From an uncultured bacterium (GTDB lineage Bacteria; Hydrothermota; Hydrothermia; B15-G9; WFZT01): a DNA stretch of 64,000 nt. The notes beneath the pieces were generated by a model. It ran no database searches. It was not told the DNA's origin and saw only the letters and a list, made by a program, of their open reading frames with translations. Shown in pieces: positions 51,573-61,939 of the stretch. How positions within the stretch are numbered: the first letter of the stretch is position 1; every line of letters begins with the position of its first letter. A program made the position numbers and the translations under genes. The stretch spans positions 4,431 through 68,430 of the forward strand of contig CAZNDM010000074.1 of the NCBI GenBank assembly GCA_964571845.1, given 5' to 3'.

Positions 51573-52974
51573 CCTTTTAATCCTCTTAATTTCAAGCTTA
51601 AAAGCTTATAGCACACTTAACATCGGCAAATTCCTATATGTCAACTCCATCGTTAAACAGAGCAATAGACTGGTGGTAGCGACCGATGGTGGAGTTTTTC
51701 TATACAATCTCTTTGACAATAAGATTGAGCACACACTTGTTACACAATTTGCTGTCAAGTTGTGTATTATTCAGAACTTACTTACTGGATTTTTTGTTGA
51801 CTACATGGGCAATCTTTACAGATGGGATATTGGACATGACGAGAAATACTTCATCTCCAGTGTCGGGCCTGCAACTTCCCTCGGTGTATGCTGTGATAAA
51901 ATCTATATCGAAAACAATGGTAATGTAACTGCATATACCAACTCAGGTATTCGTATAGGACCGGCAAAACCTGAACCAGGGACATATTGGGTGGGAAAGA
52001 TAAATTCTATAAAGCGTGGAGACGACAAAATTATTTTCCTTCAACCTTACTTTTTTATAGACAATTATGCTGGAAGAATTGATTTTTCATATTTTTACAA
52101 AAATTTCACTGATCTGTGGGTCGGGACAAGAGGAAAGGGGATCTATAAATACGATTTGAATCTGAGGATAAAAACAGATTCCATTCAGATTGGACTTCCT
52201 TTTAGAGAAGTACAGTCAATTGCCTCTGATGGAAAATACATTTTTATCGGGGGGAATAACGGATTGGTTAGATTTGATGGGAACATCTGGATGCCCATAC
52301 TTTCTGGAGGTCAATCTGGTCTCTCATGTCCCAATATCCTTAAACTCGAAGTAGCTGATCAACGTTTAATAATTGGTACTCAATGCGACATAGAATATCT
52401 TGGTAAATACAGAATTAACCGTTTAATACGTAATGCTACTCTCCTCGGGGTCTCCAGAAATATAATTATTGCTCAGAACAACGATCATGTATATTATTTC
52501 AATCTCAGTGGAGCAGTATTGAAAGAATTCAAATTCCCTTATAAGATAAAGAAAATCTTAAACTTTGGAAGCTCTGAACTCCTTCTCGCCAATGATAATA
52601 TTCTTAAAATTTCTGATTCTACTATTCTCCCATTAAGGAGTTTGAATGCGTTTTCTCCCATCTATTCAATGACAGTATCTAAGGACACCCTCTTCGTACT
52701 TTCAGAAATAGGTCTATTAGAGGTATCGGACGGGATTATCGAGAAGCTGGTCCTCCCCTTTAGACCAGCCTCGAATACTCCTTATCCAATGATCTGTATC
52801 AGGGAAAAAATATTCATCGGAAGTACCGACGGCCTATACATGTTTAACAGAAAAACGGGAAATCTTGAGAAAATTTTCTGTAGCCTCCCGGACAATCGTG
52901 TGAATACGTTATCATACTGGCATGGTAAATTATTCGTAGGTACGCCTTCAGGATTGTGTATAATCACTCCCTAA
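51550..52974 (+). CDS. Hypothetical secreted beta-propeller protein
   Basis: Signal peptide; repeated LWVGT.G.GIY, IFIGGNNGLVRF and LFVGTPSGL blade motifs. Confidence 0.7.
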   Translation: MKTWIKVSLLILLISSLKAYSTLNIGKFLYVNSIVKQSNRLVVATDGGVFLYNLFDNKIEHTLVTQFAVKLCIIQNLLTGFFVDYMGNLYRWDIGHDEKYFISSVGPATSLGVCCDKIYIENNGNVTAYTNSGIRIGPAKPEPGTYWVGKINSIKRGDDKIIFLQPYFFIDNYAGRIDFSYFYKNFTDLWVGTRGKGIYKYDLNLRIKTDSIQIGLPFREVQSIASDGKYIFIGGNNGLVRFDGNIWMPILSGGQSGLSCPNILKLEVADQRLIIGTQCDIEYLGKYRINRLIRNATLLGVSRNIIIAQNNDHVYYFNLSGAVLKEFKFPYKIKKILNFGSSELLLANDNILKISDSTILPLRSLNAFSPIYSMTVSKDTLFVLSEIGLLEVSDGIIEKLVLPFRPASNTPYPMICIREKIFIGSTDGLYMFNRKTGNLEKIFCSLPDNRVNTLSYWHGKLFVGTPSGLCIITP

Positions 52975-55130
52975 CTATTCTCCTTTAGATTATTCAGGAG
53001 ACTCTTTATATCCGGTGAAGGCTCAATGTCATAACGTTTTTTTAAAGTTCTCTCGTAGAGTTTAAACACCTTGACGGCATTTGCACGTTCCCCGGATTCA
53101 AGTAGAAGATTTATATAACTCTTCACAATGTTGTCATTCGTTGGATCAACAAAGAACGCCTTATCAAGAAGCACCTTCATTTTACCTCTCTCTCCACTTT
53201 CACTGTAAAACTTGACAAGCATCTGGACAGCCTGGAAATAGAGATTCCTCAAACGTTCTCTCTCAATATAAACAAAATCACTGTAAATATCATCCTCAAG
53301 AAAGTCACCTCTATAAAGTTCAACTGCCCTTTCGAGTTTGACAACAGCTTCTTTCCTATCAACCGTGCGAGTGGCCTCTTTAATGAGATTTTCAAAAACT
53401 ACAGTATCGAGAGTCACTTCGTCTATGTATAAACCGTACTTTCCATCGGCATAAACTATTATCGAAGGCTTATCATCCTTCAGTAGCCAGGGCTCTATCA
53501 CATCGCGGAGTAAGGAAATATAGACTCTAAGCTTACCATGAGATTTCTCCGGATTCTCCCCTGGCCAGATGGATTCCATGATATAATCCCGTGGAAGCAA
53601 TTTATTCTTATTTACCACGAAAAATTTAAACAGGTCTCTAACAGACGGCCTCTTCCAATCAGTCGACGTGATCTTATAAGGACCAATAAAGACTTCAAAG
53701 TTCCCAAACGTGTAAATATTTATGTTATATCTTGCTCTATACTCAGAAACGAGAGTTCGATAACTTTCCTTTTCTTCAGGAGTTTTAAGTTTTGTTTTTA
53801 TGGCAAGGAATAAATGAGGATGAAAAGTGGGTGATTTTATCAGGTTCTTGATAATCTCCTTAATGGAGAATTCCTGAACGACACCATGGATAAATTCATT
53901 ATCTCCAAGCAAAGACGCAACCTTAACAAAAAATTCTGGATATTCAATCTCTCTCTTAATCTCGTTCATTACATAAATGAGGTCTTTTTTAAATAGCGTG
54001 AAATAACCTATTCTGCCGTGTCTTTTCTGTATACATTTATAAATTCTGTTAAATAGATCGACTGCATCCTTTCTTAGTCCTCTTTTCAGCAGAAATTTTG
54101 CATAAACTGGAAGAATTACAATTAAGTCGTTACAAAATTCTTCCCCAAGGGCATTCTTTACCTTCACAGGGTTAATGGATTCCTGTTCGGTGATGGATTT
54201 CATAAAATAGGCAATTTTATACTCATAGGTATCCTTGTGTCCCCATCTTTTCAATATCTCATCAGCATGTTCCCTCACCTGTGAAAGTACCCCAAGCTTG
54301 TAGGCGAGAAGCAGGGAAACAATATGAAATGTCAGAAAATCATGGGCTTTATCAGTTTCAACCAACAATTTTTCCGACATTTTCAGATACTCCTGCGCTT
54401 GCCTATCCTTACCCAGCAGGAGAAATATTTTCGCAAATCCGTTTGAAATTGCAATTCTCAATGTCCCCGGTTCCAGACATTTCCCATGTTTTATTTCCTC
54501 AACAACCTTCAATGCATTATCTGAATCCTTCATTTCTGCATAAAGTTCTGCAAGATTGATCAGGTTATTGCAAAAAATGGGCCTGAGATCAATCCGTGAT
54601 GATAATTTTGCAGATTCCTTGTACATATCAAGTGCATTTTTTATATCACCTCTCACATCATAAGCTACAGCAAGATTGGATAAGGCAGTCACAATTAAAT
54701 GCAAGTCACCACGCTCCTCTGCTACTGAGAGGGCTTTCTTTAAATAATCAATCGTATTGTCAATTCTATTGATATAAAAATAACCGGTAGCAAGATCGAT
54801 GAGGTAAGACGCATACTGTGGAGTATTCCTCATCTCACCCTCAATGCCTCTCAAAATCTGGATTCCAACATCAAAATTTCCCTTACCGATCTCGACTCCA
54901 CCCAAACCCCATAATGAGTAGGCTTTTATTTTGGGATCAGGAGAGTTTTTCGATTTTTTAAAACATACCTCGGCTTCAAAGAATCTGTTCAAAAATTTAT
55001 ACCCCATACCAAGAAAAAGATAAACTTCACAATCCTTTTTATCATCCGGTATCTTCTCAAGCAAGTTTACCCCCTCTTCATACTTACCGCGGTAGTACAA
55101 ATCTATTACCTTATCTATAACGTCTCTCAT
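52971..55130 (-). CDS. TPR sensor plus OmpR-type wHTH plus BTAD (SARP-family) transcriptional activator
   Basis: N-terminal TPRs; IYTFGNFEVFIG...W...RDYIMESIWP...LRVYISLLR wHTH; LYRGDFLED...ERERLR...DIEPS BTAD. Confidence 0.88.
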   Translation of the reverse strand: MRDVIDKVIDLYYRGKYEEGVNLLEKIPDDKKDCEVYLFLGMGYKFLNRFFEAEVCFKKSKNSPDPKIKAYSLWGLGGVEIGKGNFDVGIQILRGIEGEMRNTPQYASYLIDLATGYFYINRIDNTIDYLKKALSVAEERGDLHLIVTALSNLAVAYDVRGDIKNALDMYKESAKLSSRIDLRPIFCNNLINLAELYAEMKDSDNALKVVEEIKHGKCLEPGTLRIAISNGFAKIFLLLGKDRQAQEYLKMSEKLLVETDKAHDFLTFHIVSLLLAYKLGVLSQVREHADEILKRWGHKDTYEYKIAYFMKSITEQESINPVKVKNALGEEFCNDLIVILPVYAKFLLKRGLRKDAVDLFNRIYKCIQKRHGRIGYFTLFKKDLIYVMNEIKREIEYPEFFVKVASLLGDNEFIHGVVQEFSIKEIIKNLIKSPTFHPHLFLAIKTKLKTPEEKESYRTLVSEYRARYNINIYTFGNFEVFIGPYKITSTDWKRPSVRDLFKFFVVNKNKLLPRDYIMESIWPGENPEKSHGKLRVYISLLRDVIEPWLLKDDKPSIIVYADGKYGLYIDEVTLDTVVFENLIKEATRTVDRKEAVVKLERAVELYRGDFLEDDIYSDFVYIERERLRNLYFQAVQMLVKFYSESGERGKMKVLLDKAFFVDPTNDNIVKSYINLLLESGERANAVKVFKLYERTLKKRYDIEPSPDIKSLLNNLKENS

Positions 55131-55134
55131 AACC

Positions 55135-55180
55135 TTGTTAACACCACGTTAACAATTTTGTAACACCTAAATTTTAACAT
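55135..55180 (+). promoter_or_regulatory. Divergent control region: three TAACA repeats at 11-bp period, 8-bp inverted repeat, and -10 TAACAT
   Basis: TAACA ends at 55143, 55154 and 55165; TTGTTAAC-N5-GTTAACAA at 55135-55155; TAACAT at 55175-55180 with no -35 consensus. Confidence 0.55.
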
Positions 55181-55187
55181 AATACGC

Positions 55188-55361
55188 ATGGTAAAGAAAT
55201 TTTTTACAATGGAATTTGTTAAAACGGACGATGGCCAGGTCAGAATCGTTGTAAAAATCCTCGAAAAAGAAATTAAAGAAAAGATTTTCAAATCTATAGA
55301 TGAGACCCTCAGTTTCCTTAAAGAAAAATTTTTAGAGGAGGTGAAAAGGAATGAGGAATAA
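55188..55361 (+). CDS. Unannotated 57-aa protein (MVKKFFTMEFVKTDDGQVRIVVKILEKEIKEKIFKSIDETLSFLKEKFLEEVKRNEE)
   Basis: Hand-translated. It has protein-like composition, fills the gap between the BTAD gene and the clostripain gene, carries the GGAGG SD of the next gene, and overlaps its start. Confidence 0.65.
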   Translation: MVKKFFTMEFVKTDDGQVRIVVKILEKEIKEKIFKSIDETLSFLKEKFLEEVKRNEE

Positions 55362-56994
55362 ATTCGTTGTTGGCATATTGGGCATAATAATCCTTGCAAT
55401 TGCAGGATGCAAAAGCTCAACAACAGGCTCACCAGCACCATCAAATCCCAGCTGGACTATCATTGGGTATCTCGATGGAAACAATAATCTCGATATCAGC
55501 AACAATGGAACTTCCTACGTGATTGAAGATGCCCAGAATCTCGAACTTGTAGGAAGCACAGAAGATGTCAACATAATAGTTGCCGTTGGTTCAATCAAAA
55601 AAGGAGGTATCGTCAAATACTACTTCATTGAACATCATGAACATGAATTACCAGATTCTCTAAGCTCACCGGTGCTCGAAAATCTGGGAACACGCGATAT
55701 GTCTGATCCTACCACATTACAACAATTTATTGAATATGCGGTCGAACACTACCCTGCCGATCACTATGCTCTCCTCATCGATGATCATGGAGGCGGATGG
55801 AGAGGATGCTGTGCTGACGACCAGAATGGCTCAGGAAATCTCATGTCACTAAATCAACTCAAATCGGCTATCCAGAATGCAAACGTGCACTTCGATCTTG
55901 TAATTTTCCACGCTTGCCTTATGGGACAGGCAGAAGTTGGTTATCAGCTCAAGGATATCGCAGATTACATGGTTGCATCAGAATTTACATTGCCCATGCA
56001 GAGCGTTTTAAACGCTCCAGAATGGCTCGACTCCCTCGTGAATAGACCATCCATGTCTGCCCGGGAACTCTCCATGAAAATAGCTGAAGCTGTCTACAAC
56101 GCTGGCCAGAGACTCCAGAAAATCGTTCACATGGCCGCTATTGATCTGAACTATATGAATGCACTGGGGGCAGACATTGGTGTACTGGGTAATAGAATAG
56201 TTGACAACGTCAATGGACACTGGGATGAGGTAAGAGATGCGTGGGGAAGAACTCATTATACCCAGTACGATGACCCAACTTTCGTTGATATCAGAGAATT
56301 TATAAATAATTTGAAAAATGAACCTAATGTCGGACAGAATCCCTCTATCAGAAATGCAGCAGATAACGTACTGAATGACCTAAATGAGGCCGTTCTTAGA
56401 ACCTACACCAATGCACCAGGACTTACCCGTGGAGGCCTCACTATATATTTTCCCTCTACTCAAGCCGAATTCCAGCAGGATTCAGCCGCCTATGCATCTA
56501 TTGATTTCGTACATACCAACTGGATCAACTTCATCCACCAATTCATTATTAATGCTGGCGGAGGCGGTGGAGGTGGCACTGGATCGGTCACAATCAGTGG
56601 GAATCTCACAACTGCCGGAGGAGAAACACAATTTACACCTATAGCAGTTTTCAGCCACGACCAGATTCTTGATCAGAATGATACTCAGGTACAGGGTAAT
56701 CCTATTGGTATAGGGAACTTTAACCTGACCTTTCAGGTCCCTGAAGGTTATGGACAGGGGGATTATATCCTCTTCGTCTTCCTCGGTACCCACTGCTTCG
56801 ATCTGGACGGAGATGGACAGGCAGATGATGTCTTTGTAGGTTTCTATCCCGAACCGGATCAGCAGGGTAACATAGTGTTCACAAATCTTCAGGAATCCTT
56901 TACCGGTGTGACTGTTGATGCAAACTACTACATACAGAATGGATGTGGTGGAAAAAGTAGAATATTTGGAAAAGTTCATCTTATTGGAAAATAA
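55351..56994 (+). CDS. Clostripain-related (C11) cysteine peptidase lipoprotein with extra C-terminal domain
   Basis: Lipobox IAGC, YLDGNNNL, DHGGGW (His), FHACLMG (Cys), ASEF; poly-Gly linker; DLDGDGQADD motif. Confidence 0.9.
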   Translation: MRNKFVVGILGIIILAIAGCKSSTTGSPAPSNPSWTIIGYLDGNNNLDISNNGTSYVIEDAQNLELVGSTEDVNIIVAVGSIKKGGIVKYYFIEHHEHELPDSLSSPVLENLGTRDMSDPTTLQQFIEYAVEHYPADHYALLIDDHGGGWRGCCADDQNGSGNLMSLNQLKSAIQNANVHFDLVIFHACLMGQAEVGYQLKDIADYMVASEFTLPMQSVLNAPEWLDSLVNRPSMSARELSMKIAEAVYNAGQRLQKIVHMAAIDLNYMNALGADIGVLGNRIVDNVNGHWDEVRDAWGRTHYTQYDDPTFVDIREFINNLKNEPNVGQNPSIRNAADNVLNDLNEAVLRTYTNAPGLTRGGLTIYFPSTQAEFQQDSAAYASIDFVHTNWINFIHQFIINAGGGGGGGTGSVTISGNLTTAGGETQFTPIAVFSHDQILDQNDTQVQGNPIGIGNFNLTFQVPEGYGQGDYILFVFLGTHCFDLDGDGQADDVFVGFYPEPDQQGNIVFTNLQESFTGVTVDANYYIQNGCGGKSRIFGKVHLIGK

Positions 56995-57001
56995 GTGATA
57001 A

Positions 57002-57036
57002 GTTCGGGGCGCTGCGCAAAGCGCAGCGCCCCGAAC
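57002..57036 (+). terminator. Perfect 16-bp hairpin after the clostripain gene
   Basis: GTTCGGGGCGCTGCGC-AAA-GCGCAGCGCCCCGAAC. Confidence 0.6.
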
Positions 57037-57630
57037 AACATATTAACACCTCCTGAATGCCAATTCTCCTCCAATTCAACAACTCATCACCTTTGGAACA
57101 TCTCCCCTCTGTTCCTCCAGTACTCTAAAACAGTAATAGATAAGTTGCCTCAAAGAATAAATGGCAAAAATACAGGAATTCCAGCTCATCACATCGTCTC
57201 TCAAAATCGGGCACTCCATGTACAGACTGCTCACTTCGGCAATGTTAATGTCATCGCAAAGTAACCATTGCGATTTACACATATATTCTGGGCCCCAATG
57301 GGTAATATCAACAAATAGAAGGGAAATTTAAGAGTTCCTCCACCGCAGAGGGGCGATGAAATAGATTTTACACATCTTTTGACCTCAAAATAGTATGAAG
57401 ACCTATTCTGATCTTCTTCCCTGAGAGTTTTAAATGGAAGAAAATTAAATGCCACCTTTCCAATTTTAAAAGGCAAAAAATTTACCAATTTTTTCATACT
57501 GCAAAAAATAATGCAAAAACGGTGCACCAATCTACCTTCTCTGATGTATTACAACAAAATTGTGAAAAAATCCCCATCCAACCCCTCCGGGCGATAATCC
57601 ACCAGCTCCTTTCCCCAGACCCCCTCTTTA

Positions 57631-57667
57631 GGTCTGGTGGAGCCCCCTTCGGGGGCTCCACCAGACC
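57631..57667 (-). terminator. Perfect 17-bp hairpin after etfA
   Basis: GGTCTGGTGGAGCCCCC-TTC-GGGGGCTCCACCAGACC. Confidence 0.6.
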
Positions 57668-57673
57668 CTACAA

Positions 57674-58675
57674 TTAATCAACTTTATAAACTTCCTTCAA
57701 TTCCTTTATCAATTCCGGTACCACCTTGAAGAGATCGTCCACAATTCCGTAATCCGCTACCTTGAAGATCGGAGCCTCAGGATCCTTATTGACCGCTACT
57801 ATAACCTTCGATGTCCTCATACCTGCAAGATGCTGGATCGCTCCTGAAATGCCGAACGCCATGTACAGTTTGGGAGCCACCACCTTACCTGTCTGACCAA
57901 CCTGGTGAGAGTGATCAATCCAGCCACTATCAACGGCAACACGGGATGCACCAAGTGCAACCTTCCCTACACCAGCCTTATTTAAAACATCGATAAGCTG
58001 GCGGAGAAGCTCAAATCCCTCTGGACCTTTGACTCCTCTACCACCTGAAACGATTATGTCAGCCTCCGTAACATCAATTTCGCCTGTCTCCTTTTCCTTG
58101 ACCTGAAGGACTTTAGCCTTGAAGTCGTCATCTGATAGATCAACACTTAACTCCTCTGCCGAGGCACTTCTCGACGAGTCGGGCTCCCCCTTCTCGAAGA
58201 TCTTTGGCCTGAGTGAGATGATGGCTGGCTCAGCAGAAAGTTCAAAAGTTCCGTAAACCTTACCTGCATAGAGGGGCTTGACCACTTCAAATTTTCCGTC
58301 TTTGTATTCAAGTCCTGTGATGTCAGAAACCATTGGAACACCAAATTTTGCGGCAACTCTGGGAGCAAGATCCTTACCGAGGCTCGTTGCTGAGAGCAAA
58401 AATACTTTTGCATCAGCCTTGTCCATTGCAGCTTTTACAGCCTTCGCATAGGGTACAGTGAGATAATTCTGCAATCTATCATCTGAGACCTTGAGGATCA
58501 CATCTGCGCCATACTGTGCAAGTGTGTTATCAAATCCATCGGTCTTTCCAATCAAAAGTGCATAAACCTTGCCACCTGAAGCATCGGCGATCTTTCTCGC
58601 CGTATTTAAAGCCTCAAGTGAAAACTCTCTAACTTCATCCTTTTTCGTTTCAATATAAACCAGGATGTTTGCCAT
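57674..58675 (-). CDS. etfA: Electron transfer flavoprotein alpha subunit
   Basis: [39 protein letters not shown] and NKDPEAPIF motifs. Confidence 0.96.
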   Translation of the reverse strand: MANILVYIETKKDEVREFSLEALNTARKIADASGGKVYALLIGKTDGFDNTLAQYGADVILKVSDDRLQNYLTVPYAKAVKAAMDKADAKVFLLSATSLGKDLAPRVAAKFGVPMVSDITGLEYKDGKFEVVKPLYAGKVYGTFELSAEPAIISLRPKIFEKGEPDSSRSASAEELSVDLSDDDFKAKVLQVKEKETGEIDVTEADIIVSGGRGVKGPEGFELLRQLIDVLNKAGVGKVALGASRVAVDSGWIDHSHQVGQTGKVVAPKLYMAFGISGAIQHLAGMRTSKVIVAVNKDPEAPIFKVADYGIVDDLFKVVPELIKELKEVYKVD

Positions 58676-58688
58676 TTTTCTCCCTCCT

Positions 58689-59450
58689 TTAGAGTACTTT
58701 CGCCTCTTCTCTCAAGAGTCTAACGAGCTCTTTCACATTCTCAGGGAATTCCTTGTCAATGATCTTACCCGGTGCCTTCTCAGGTGGTGGTGCGAGCTTC
58801 ACTTTCTTGAATGTCTCAGCTGGAGAAACCGAGGTTTCAACCACATCAATGGGCTTTTTCTTTGCCTGCATGATTCCACGAAGGGAGGGATATCTCGGCT
58901 CGTTGAGTCCCTTTTCACATGTCAGAATGGCAGGAAGAGGGACTTCCCACTCTTCCATACCGGTTTCAAGCTCGCGCTCGACCTTTGCGATATTTCCGTC
59001 GAGCTCCAGCTTCACGATGTAAGAAGCCTGTGGGATGTTGAAAAATTCAGCTATGTACGAAGGGACCTGCGAATTGTAGTCGTCAACAGCCATCTTTCCC
59101 GTGAGAATGAGGTCAAAGCCTTCCTTCTCGATCACCTCTTTAAGCATCATGGCGGTTGTGTATCCGTCAAGGTCCCAGAAGCCGTCAACTTTCACCAGTA
59201 TTCCCCTATCAATTCCCATTGCAAGTGCAGTTCTGATCTGCTCTTTGGCTCCCTCGTCTCCAACAGAGATTGCCACAGTTTCCACATCGCCGAGTTTCTC
59301 CTTTATCCTCAGCGCCTCTTCTATAGCAAATTCATCGTAGGGATTTATCACATAGGTAACATTATCCCTGACAATGTCACTTCCGTCGGGCTTGACCTGA
59401 AGGGTCAGCCCGGTGTCCGGTACTTTTTTAAGCAGTACAAGAATCTTCAT
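58689..59450 (-). CDS. etfB: Electron transfer flavoprotein beta subunit
   Basis: KKVPDT, INPYDEFAIEEA, GKMAVD and NEPRYPSLRGIM motifs. Confidence 0.96.
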   Translation of the reverse strand: MKILVLLKKVPDTGLTLQVKPDGSDIVRDNVTYVINPYDEFAIEEALRIKEKLGDVETVAISVGDEGAKEQIRTALAMGIDRGILVKVDGFWDLDGYTTAMMLKEVIEKEGFDLILTGKMAVDDYNSQVPSYIAEFFNIPQASYIVKLELDGNIAKVERELETGMEEWEVPLPAILTCEKGLNEPRYPSLRGIMQAKKKPIDVVETSVSPAETFKKVKLAPPPEKAPGKIIDKEFPENVKELVRLLREEAKVL

Positions 59451-59464
59451 CTTAACTCACCTCC

Positions 59465-60643
59465 TTACATTTCAATTGCCATAGCTACGGCTTTTCCGCC
59501 ACCGATACAGAGTGCGGCAAGTCCTGTCTTTGCTCCTCTGTCTTTCATTGCATAAATAAGGGTTGTCAAAACTCTTGCTCCAGATGCGCCAATCGGGTGG
59601 CCCAGAGCCACCGCTCCACCGTGAACATTAACCTTTGACCAATCCCAGCCAAGTTCTTTTCCATCTGCAAGAACCTGTGCGGAGAACGCCTCGTTTATTT
59701 CAATGAGGTCAAAGTAGTCTATATTTACACCAAGTTTGTCCATGACTTTTCTGATTGCGTAAATGGGGGCATAGAAGACATCCTGTGGATCAACGGCTGC
59801 TGAAGCGTAGGCGCGGATGTACGCAAGAGGTTCGATGCCAAGCTCTTTTGCCTTGTCTTCTGACATAACGACGAGTGCCGAGGCACCGTCGTTGAGTCCG
59901 GGGGCATTACCAGCTGTTACTGTTCCGTCTTTCTCAAAGGCGGGCTTGAGTTTTGCAAGTTTTTCAAGCGAGGTGTCCCTTCTCGGTCCCTCATCGGTAT
60001 CGAAGATTATGGGGTCTCCTTTTTTCTGGGGTATCTCCACAGGGACGATCTCTGCTTTAAATTTCCCCTCGTCAATGGCTTTGATTGCTTTCATGTGGCT
60101 TTCGTATGCGAATTTGTCCTGCTCTTCGCGAGTTATTCCGGATTTTCTTGCGGTGTATTCGGCGAAGTTGCCCATGTGTACATTGTGATAAGGGTCCCAG
60201 AGGCCATCCCATACCATGAGATCGAGGAAAGTCGTGTTGCCAAATTTTTTCCCCTTGCGCATCTCTTTGACAGCGAAGGGGGCGTTTGTCATGGATTCCA
60301 TGCCGCCTGCCACGATGATCTCAAGATCTTCTGCCTTGATTGCCTGGGCGGCGAGCATCACTGCCTTGAGTCCGGATCCGCAGACTTTGTTTATTGTAAA
60401 TGCAGGGATATTTGTAGGCAGGCCAGCCTTGATAGCAGCCTGGCGGGCAGGTGCCTGCCCAATTCCCCCCTGCAGCACATTCCCCATTATCACCTCTTCC
60501 ACAAGCTCCGGCTTGATTCCTGCGCGTTTCACCGCTTCTTTAATCACAATGGCTCCAAGATCAGGAGCCTCAAAATCCTTTAATGCCCCGAGAATCTTCC
60601 CTATCGGGGTTCTCACAGCACTTACTATAACAGGCTGTTTCAT
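59465..60643 (-). CDS. atoB: Acetyl-CoA C-acetyltransferase (thiolase)
   Basis: NKVCGSG (Cys), [12 protein letters not shown] and CIGGG motifs. Confidence 0.95.
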   Translation of the reverse strand: MKQPVIVSAVRTPIGKILGALKDFEAPDLGAIVIKEAVKRAGIKPELVEEVIMGNVLQGGIGQAPARQAAIKAGLPTNIPAFTINKVCGSGLKAVMLAAQAIKAEDLEIIVAGGMESMTNAPFAVKEMRKGKKFGNTTFLDLMVWDGLWDPYHNVHMGNFAEYTARKSGITREEQDKFAYESHMKAIKAIDEGKFKAEIVPVEIPQKKGDPIIFDTDEGPRRDTSLEKLAKLKPAFEKDGTVTAGNAPGLNDGASALVVMSEDKAKELGIEPLAYIRAYASAAVDPQDVFYAPIYAIRKVMDKLGVNIDYFDLIEINEAFSAQVLADGKELGWDWSKVNVHGGAVALGHPIGASGARVLTTLIYAMKDRGAKTGLAALCIGGGKAVAMAIEM

Positions 60644-61758
60644 TGATCTATTACCTCCTCAAGTGGCGTGTAAGGCATGTTGAAGTCCTCAGCAATTCCC
60701 TTGTACACAAGGTATCCCTTAAACACGTTGACACCTTTCCACAGTGCCCTGTTTTCTTTGACTGCCTTTTTCCATCCTTTGTTTGCAAGCTCCAGGACAT
60801 AGGGTAGTGTGGAGTTAGTCAATCCGTAGGTGGATGTTCTTGGTACAGCTCCAGGCATGTTAGCAACGCAGTAGTGGACGACTCCCTCTTCGATATAAAT
60901 TGGGTCGTTGTGGGTTGTTGGTCTCGATGTCTCAGCAATTCCACCCTGGTCAATGGCAACATCAACGATCACGGCGCCGTCTTTCATCTCTTTGAGCATG
61001 TCCCTTGTGATGATCTTTGGTGCTTTTCTACCATGAATAAGGACAGCGCCAATGACAAGATCCGCCTTTTTTATAGCCTCCTTGACATTGTAGGGTGTGG
61101 AAATCAGGGTTTTTACATTGGCGGGCATGATTTCGGCGAGGTAACGCAGACGGACAGGATTGAGGTCAAGAACCGTGACATCGGCGCCCATACCAGCGGC
61201 AATGAAAGCTGCATTTGTGCCAACTGTGCCACCGCCGATTATCACCACATTTGCCGGTGGCACACCCGGGATTCCACCGAGAAGAATACCGAGGCCCTTT
61301 TGAGGTTTCTCCAGGTACTTTGCACCTTCCTGGGGCGCCATTCTACCTGCGACCTCACTCATAGGAATCAGAAGTGGCAGGGAGCCATCTTCGAGCTCCA
61401 CTGTCTCATAGGCGATTCCAATGATCTTTCTCTCCAGGAGTTTCTCTGTAAGGGTCTTGTCTGCTGCGAGGTGTAGGTAAGTGAAGAGGACCTGTCCTTC
61501 ACGGAGTTTCGGAATTTCCACTTCCTGGGGTTCTTTGACCTTGACGATCATATCTGCTTTTTCGAAGACTTCGTCTGCTGTGGGAACGATTTCAGCGCCG
61601 GCTGATCTGTAATCTTCGTCAGAAATTCCGCTGCCAAGGCCGGCTCCCTTTTCAATTATCACTTTATGGCCAGCCTGTGTGAGGGAATAGACCCCTGATG
61701 GGGTGATTGCGACCCTGTATTCTTCCTTCTTTATCTCTTTGGGAACGCCAATGATCAT
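60640..61758 (-). CDS. ald: Alanine dehydrogenase
   Basis: [42 protein letters not shown] and [11 protein letters not shown] motifs. Confidence 0.97.
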   Translation of the reverse strand: MIIGVPKEIKKEEYRVAITPSGVYSLTQAGHKVIIEKGAGLGSGISDEDYRSAGAEIVPTADEVFEKADMIVKVKEPQEVEIPKLREGQVLFTYLHLAADKTLTEKLLERKIIGIAYETVELEDGSLPLLIPMSEVAGRMAPQEGAKYLEKPQKGLGILLGGIPGVPPANVVIIGGGTVGTNAAFIAAGMGADVTVLDLNPVRLRYLAEIMPANVKTLISTPYNVKEAIKKADLVIGAVLIHGRKAPKIITRDMLKEMKDGAVIVDVAIDQGGIAETSRPTTHNDPIYIEEGVVHYCVANMPGAVPRTSTYGLTNSTLPYVLELANKGWKKAVKENRALWKGVNVFKGYLVYKGIAEDFNMPYTPLEEVIDQ

Positions 61759-61804
61759 AATAAAACTCTCCTTTCGGAATTTTTAAAATAACACACTTTC
61801 CCAA

Positions 61805-61833
61805 ATTATAAAAACTACTTAAAGTGTTATCAA
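61805..61833 (-). promoter_or_regulatory. Promoter of the ald-thiolase-etfBA operon
   Basis: TTGATA-17 nt-TATAAT on the minus strand. Confidence 0.6.
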
Positions 61834-61939
61834 CAATCGAAAAACATGGGAAATTTGTTTTTGTAGGGTAAATTTCAATTCGCCAAATTTGAACCGGGGT
61901 AGATTTTTTGACCACATCCATTGCACGGTTTTGTTGAGG

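Noticed and set aside
55127-55444. 105-aa minus-strand ORF
   Set aside because: It is the antisense shadow of the 57-aa ORF and the clostripain start.
56557-56583. Poly-Gly tract as a phase-variable repeat
   Set aside because: The codons are mixed (GGC/GGA/GGT) and in frame, so it is an ordinary linker.
56995-57530. Short ORFs 56995..57264, 57076..57282 and 57231..57530
   Set aside because: They overlap each other and a hairpin and show no family motifs. A decayed gene cannot be excluded but could not be identified.
57674-61758. Long antisense ORFs (58665..59555, 60095..60583, 60216..60683, 60874..61476), and likewise 15058..15657
   Set aside because: They are opposite-strand shadows of well-supported genes, made more likely by higher GC.
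61788-61830. Imperfect inverted repeat ATAACACACTTT/AAAGTGTTAT around the ald promoter
   Set aside because: It could be an operator, but it is imperfect, AT-rich and has no candidate regulator nearby.
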